NCBI GenBank assembly: GCA_964291655.2
Contig: OZ219802.1
Span: 1,536,001-1,600,000 of the forward strand
Source of the DNA: Chloroflexota bacterium
GTDB lineage: Bacteria; Chloroflexota; UBA11872; VXOZ01
Length of the DNA stretch: 64,000 nt
Direction: 5' to 3'
The stretch's first letter is position 1. Each line of letters opens with the position of its first letter. A model generated the notes under the pieces. The model saw only the letters and a program-made list of their open reading frames with translations. It was not told where the DNA came from and did no database searches. The translations under genes were made by a program, and so were the position numbers. Shown here in pieces: positions 60,077 to 64,000 of the stretch.

Positions 60077-60418
60077 TAACTTATTCACTTACTGCTAAGT
60101 GTTAAGCGCCTGCCACAGATCTTATTGTAGCAAGGAACTATAATTCACATGGTTTGCTAAATCGCAACGTGCCGACGGGCATGTTTCGCAACTCTGTTAA
60201 CTTGGCCAATTATAGATGCCGAGGTCGACGAATTACCTAGTCTTGTGCCCGCTGTCTTTGGAGAACATTGTCCGGCGCCAAAATTGCTTGGTCACGTACC
60301 AAGTGTTAGTGTCCAGTGGTAATGAACCCTTCCACCGTGGTCCGGATTACTCTGTGGCCCACCATGCTCCAAGTTGACGTTTCTATTCCTAAAGAGTGAC
60401 TTCCCAGGAGCAATCGAT

Positions 60419-62362
60419 TTGACCCGAGAACAGCGGCTGAGTTCTATCGGCATTAGTTTGGCGCTCTTCCTGGCGGCGCTCGATCAGACGATTGTGACCA
60501 CGGCGTTGCCGCGCATCACGGATGAGCTGGGCGGACTGAACTATTATGCCTGGGTCGTGACAGCGTACCTGCTGGCGTCGGTGCTGAGTCTGCCGCTCTT
60601 TGGTCGTCTTGTCGAGATTTTTCCCGCCAAGTGGGTACTGCTCGGCGCGGTGAGCGTTTTTCTCGCCGGTTCCATGCTCTCCGGCCTGGCGCCGGGCATC
60701 GAAGCATTGATAGCCTTTCGCGCCCTGCAGGGCTTTGGCGGAGGCGGCATCTTTGCCTTGGCCTTCACATTGATCGGCCTGCTCTTTACGCCCCGCGAGC
60801 GGGGGCGAGTGCAAGGGATGATGGGCGGTGTATTTGGCCTCTCAAGTGTGGCGGGTCCCTGGCTCGGCGGTTTCCTAACCGACCTGCTCTCCTGGCGTTG
60901 GATTTTCTATATCAATATGCCCCTCGGCATAATCGCCATCATCTTTCTGGTGGGCTTCATGCCGCAACTCCAGTCCGAGCAACGCGGTCGCTTCGACCTG
61001 CTGGGTGTCGTCATGCTCGCACTTTGGGTCGTGCCGTTGGTGCTTGCGCTATCCTTAGGCGGCACGAGCTACCCTTGGCTCTCCGGACAGATTCTCGGAT
61101 TGACCGTGCTCGCACTGGCGGCCCTGCTCCTCTTCTTGTGGTGGCAGCGGCGCAGCTTAGACCCGTTGATTCAACTCAAACTCTTTCAAATCAAGGTCTT
61201 TCGCTGGGCGATGGTGGGAAGTTTCTTCTTTGGCGGCGCGTTTCTCGGCTCTGTGGTCTTCTTACCACTCTATCTCGTACATGTGAAGGGATTCTCGGCG
61301 ACGAATTCCGGGCTCTCAATCACGCCGTTGGTGATGGGTGTCGTCATGGGAAGTATACTGGGGGGCCAAATTGCCAGTCGTTCCGGACGCTACAAGCTGC
61401 CGCTCATCACATCCATTTGCATCGGCGGCTTCGCGTTTGCCGCGTTTGCTTTCAATCTGCGTGTCGATACGCCGCTATGGCAGGTGATCCCACTCATGGT
61501 GGTGATCGGCCTCAGTCTGGGACCATCGTTGCCGCTCTATACGCTGGCCGTACAAAACGCCGTGCCCCGCGCCCGTCTCGGCACCGCTACCAGCACGTTG
61601 CAATTCGTGCGCCAAGTGGGCTCCACGGCTTCGGTCGCGTTGATGGGTACCGTGCTCGCAGCGACCATCACTGCAACTACTACCGAGCAAATGCCTGAGG
61701 TAATGGGCGGGCCATTAGGAGAAACCACTTTGGGAGAGGGGAACAACAACGTGACAAACCTGGGTGCAGAGGTTCAGGCGCGCTTCGCGGCTCTTGAGCG
61801 GCAGTTCGTTGCGGCTCTGAATGGGGACGAGAGCGCACGCCAAGCGCTGTTGTCGGATCCAGCACTACCGCCGGAAATCGCATCCCAGTTGCAGTCTGGC
61901 AGCATTCGCGATCAGGTGCGGACGGACTTGGCGCAGACCATCGCGCAGGTCGAGGCGGCACTCGCGGGAGACGCCACCGCCCGGAACCAAGCGCTGCAAA
62001 ATCCGCGCATAGCGGAAGAGCTGAAAGCGATTTTGCAAAATCCGCCCGAGTCTGCCGATACTCGCGCAGAGGTCCTGAACACCCTCCGCGGGCGTTTACA
62101 GGCTGAAGAAGAGACCATTGTTGGCGAGGTTGAGACACAGGTTGTTGCTCAAGTCCAGGCACAGTTGCGCGATCGGGCGGCGGAGGTTGTCGACGTGCTC
62201 ACGAGCGCGCTTAAAACGGGAATTACGGCTGCCATACAGCGCGTTTACACATTTGCCGCAGCCTTGACTCTTTTCAGTTTCGTGGCGGCGTTGCTCATTC
62301 CTGACGCGGAATTGGGAGGCGCTCCAGGCGCCAGACGCGAAGACGCGGCACCGAACGCGTAG
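60419..62362 (+). CDS. DHA2 (EmrB/QacA) MFS efflux transporter with large C-terminal soluble insertion
   Basis: LDQTIVTTALP, WVVTAYLL, RALQGFGGG, GP.LGG.LTD..SWRWIFYIN.P; TTG start after AGGAG. Confidence 0.9.
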   Translation: MTREQRLSSIGISLALFLAALDQTIVTTALPRITDELGGLNYYAWVVTAYLLASVLSLPLFGRLVEIFPAKWVLLGAVSVFLAGSMLSGLAPGIEALIAFRALQGFGGGGIFALAFTLIGLLFTPRERGRVQGMMGGVFGLSSVAGPWLGGFLTDLLSWRWIFYINMPLGIIAIIFLVGFMPQLQSEQRGRFDLLGVVMLALWVVPLVLALSLGGTSYPWLSGQILGLTVLALAALLLFLWWQRRSLDPLIQLKLFQIKVFRWAMVGSFFFGGAFLGSVVFLPLYLVHVKGFSATNSGLSITPLVMGVVMGSILGGQIASRSGRYKLPLITSICIGGFAFAAFAFNLRVDTPLWQVIPLMVVIGLSLGPSLPLYTLAVQNAVPRARLGTATSTLQFVRQVGSTASVALMGTVLAATITATTTEQMPEVMGGPLGETTLGEGNNNVTNLGAEVQARFAALERQFVAALNGDESARQALLSDPALPPEIASQLQSGSIRDQVRTDLAQTIAQVEAALAGDATARNQALQNPRIAEELKAILQNPPESADTRAEVLNTLRGRLQAEEETIVGEVETQVVAQVQAQLRDRAAEVVDVLTSALKTGITAAIQRVYTFAAALTLFSFVAALLIPDAELGGAPGARREDAAPNA

Positions 62363-62706
62363 TGGCGGTGCAGAAAAGCATCGCACAGTAGCGCCGCGCG
62401 GTTACGTGTGTCATCGAAGAAGCAGCCTGTCACTCCAGCAAGGGTGCCACACGCAGTAATCGCTGGCTGCCATCCTGCGCTACCGGCAAGCGTGGCAGCC
62501 CTTGACGCTGGGCGCACCGAGTGTGTGACCCACACGACTGAACCGAGGCAACGAGACAGTACACCATCCGGGCAATGCCCCACTTCTTGCTCTGCCTCCA
62601 GTTAGGAATCAGCGATATTATTCCGGCGCGCTTGAGAGCAGTTGAAATACAATATCGGGCCGGTGATGTGCCCTGGGTATGCTACAATTGACGTTGGAAT
62701 TTCCCG

Positions 62707-62778
62707 GCCGACGTAGCTCAGTGGTAGAGCAATGGTTTCGTAAACCATAGGCCGCCGGTTCAAATCCGGCCGTCGGCT
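62707..62778 (+). tRNA. tRNA-Thr(CGT)
   Basis: Acceptor GCCGACG/CGTCGGC, D-arm TAGCTCAGTGGTAGAGC, anticodon arm ATGGT-TTCGTAA-ACCAT, GGTTCAAATCC T-loop; CCA not encoded. Confidence 0.95.
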
Positions 62779-62998
62779 CCCAGAAGATCGACACTCTCGA
62801 GTGAAGCAGCGCATTCGCCGGACTCGTTGCGGAGCGCTGCTTATTTGTTGGCGATTGCATGGGTGTTGCTGCCCGGTCGTGGGCGACGCCACTCTAGAAG
62901 GCATCATGGTGTAACGCGTGTTTGTGGCTTTGTACGGGACGAGGGAACTGCGCAACCGCCGCTCTTCCGGCAGCCCTTTCCAACGGTAGCCAACCACT

Positions 62999-63898
62999 AT
63001 GGGATCGTCGCAAGAAGCGAACCGCAATCCCGATGCGAGCATAGTTGCGCTCGTGCTTCTCTTGGCGCTGCTGTGGGGCGGCAACTCCGTTGCTATCAAG
63101 ATCGGCTTGCAGGACATACCCCCGTTAGCGTTGGCCGGCTTCCGCTTCATCATCGGTCTGGCTGCGGTAACTGGCTGGGCGTGGTTGCAGCGCGTACGGA
63201 TCAAGCTGGAACCCGGCGAACTTGTGCCCCTCATCTACCTCTCACTGATATTCCTGCTCCAGATCATCGCCCTCAACGTCGGCACGCACTATACCACCTC
63301 CTCCCGCTCCATCGTGCTTAACAGTACCTACCCGCTCTTTACCACCCTCTTTGCACACTTTCTCATCCGAGGGGACCGGCTCACCGTCCTAAAGACGCTG
63401 GGTATCTTGCTTGCCTTTGGCGGTGTCACCGTGACGTTCATGGAGAGCTTGAACCTTGCTTCAGGTGACTTTCTGATCGGTGACATCGTGGTGCTGGCAA
63501 GCGGCGGTCTGTTGGGTCTGCGGGTCGTCGCGACCAAGCGGCTCATACAGAGCATTCACCCATATCGCCTCCTGATCTGGTCGATGCTCTTCAGCCTGCC
63601 GTGGTTCTTCATCTTGAGCCTCATCTTCGAGCAGGGCTGGGAGTATCGGATATCAGCATCCAGCATCACGGCGATCTTGTACCAGGGACTGGTGGTAGCG
63701 GGCTTTTGCTTTGTGGCCTGGACCTCGGTGCTGCAGCACTACCGCGCAAGTCGCCTCGTCGTGCTCTTCTTTGCGACGCCGCTCTTTGGCGTCGTGCTGA
63801 GCAACCTCCTCTTGGACGAGGCGCTCGGCCTTGAGCTCGTGTCGGGAGCCGTTTTGGTGGCAGCCGGAATATTTCTTGTCAATCGGACCAAAGAGTAA
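62999..63898 (+). CDS. DMT/EamA-family transporter
   Basis: LLWGGN.VAIK, PP..LAGFRF, about 10 TM helices in two EamA repeats. Confidence 0.9.
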   Translation: MGSSQEANRNPDASIVALVLLLALLWGGNSVAIKIGLQDIPPLALAGFRFIIGLAAVTGWAWLQRVRIKLEPGELVPLIYLSLIFLLQIIALNVGTHYTTSSRSIVLNSTYPLFTTLFAHFLIRGDRLTVLKTLGILLAFGGVTVTFMESLNLASGDFLIGDIVVLASGGLLGLRVVATKRLIQSIHPYRLLIWSMLFSLPWFFILSLIFEQGWEYRISASSITAILYQGLVVAGFCFVAWTSVLQHYRASRLVVLFFATPLFGVVLSNLLLDEALGLELVSGAVLVAAGIFLVNRTKE

Positions 63899-63988
63899 GG
63901 TGCGGGGCGGCAGGCTTGCCGCGCTGTGCCTCTCCAGAGATGGGGGACCGGACAGATTTCCTTCGCCTCGCATCGGCCCTCCACTTGA

Positions 63989-64000
63989 GAGGCTGTCTCA
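63989..64000. mobile_element. Start of another GAGGCTGTCTCA-ended element, truncated by the window edge
   Basis: Window ends in GAGGCTGTCTCA, identical to the left TIR at 44535. Confidence 0.45.

Noticed and set aside
62707-62778. tRNA-anchored genomic island
   Set aside because: No integrase or duplicated tRNA 3' end is visible in the window.

Overview
This is a high-GC (~60%) bacterial chromosomal window; gene content and order suggest Chloroflexota (inference only). Housekeeping genes (rplI, dnaB, ybeY, thiI, dxr, rseP, lysC, argB, rsmI, nadE, fhs, UDG, dapA, tRNA-Thr) are interleaved with many catabolic paralogues (amidohydrolases, nitrilases, DegT aminotransferases, Gfo/Idh/MocA, FAH). 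Accessory elements are: two toxin-antitoxin loci (HepT-MntA in toxin-first order; HigB with HigA-ImmA); a lower-GC two-gene module of a SAMHD1-like HD dNTPase plus a YwgA/Panacea-like protein; and a c-di-AMP riboswitch with no obvious adjacent gene. Intergenic DNA is dense with at least four REP-like palindrome families. Three classes of TIR-bounded elements (a full IS481 with its MITEs, GGAGACC-ended MITEs, GAGGCTGTCTCA-ended MITEs) repeatedly sit in the loop of one REP hairpin family, sometimes nested. There are also two REP-based tandem arrays (147-bp and 209-bp units). No CRISPR-Cas was seen. All calls come from reading motifs by eye; no database searches were run.
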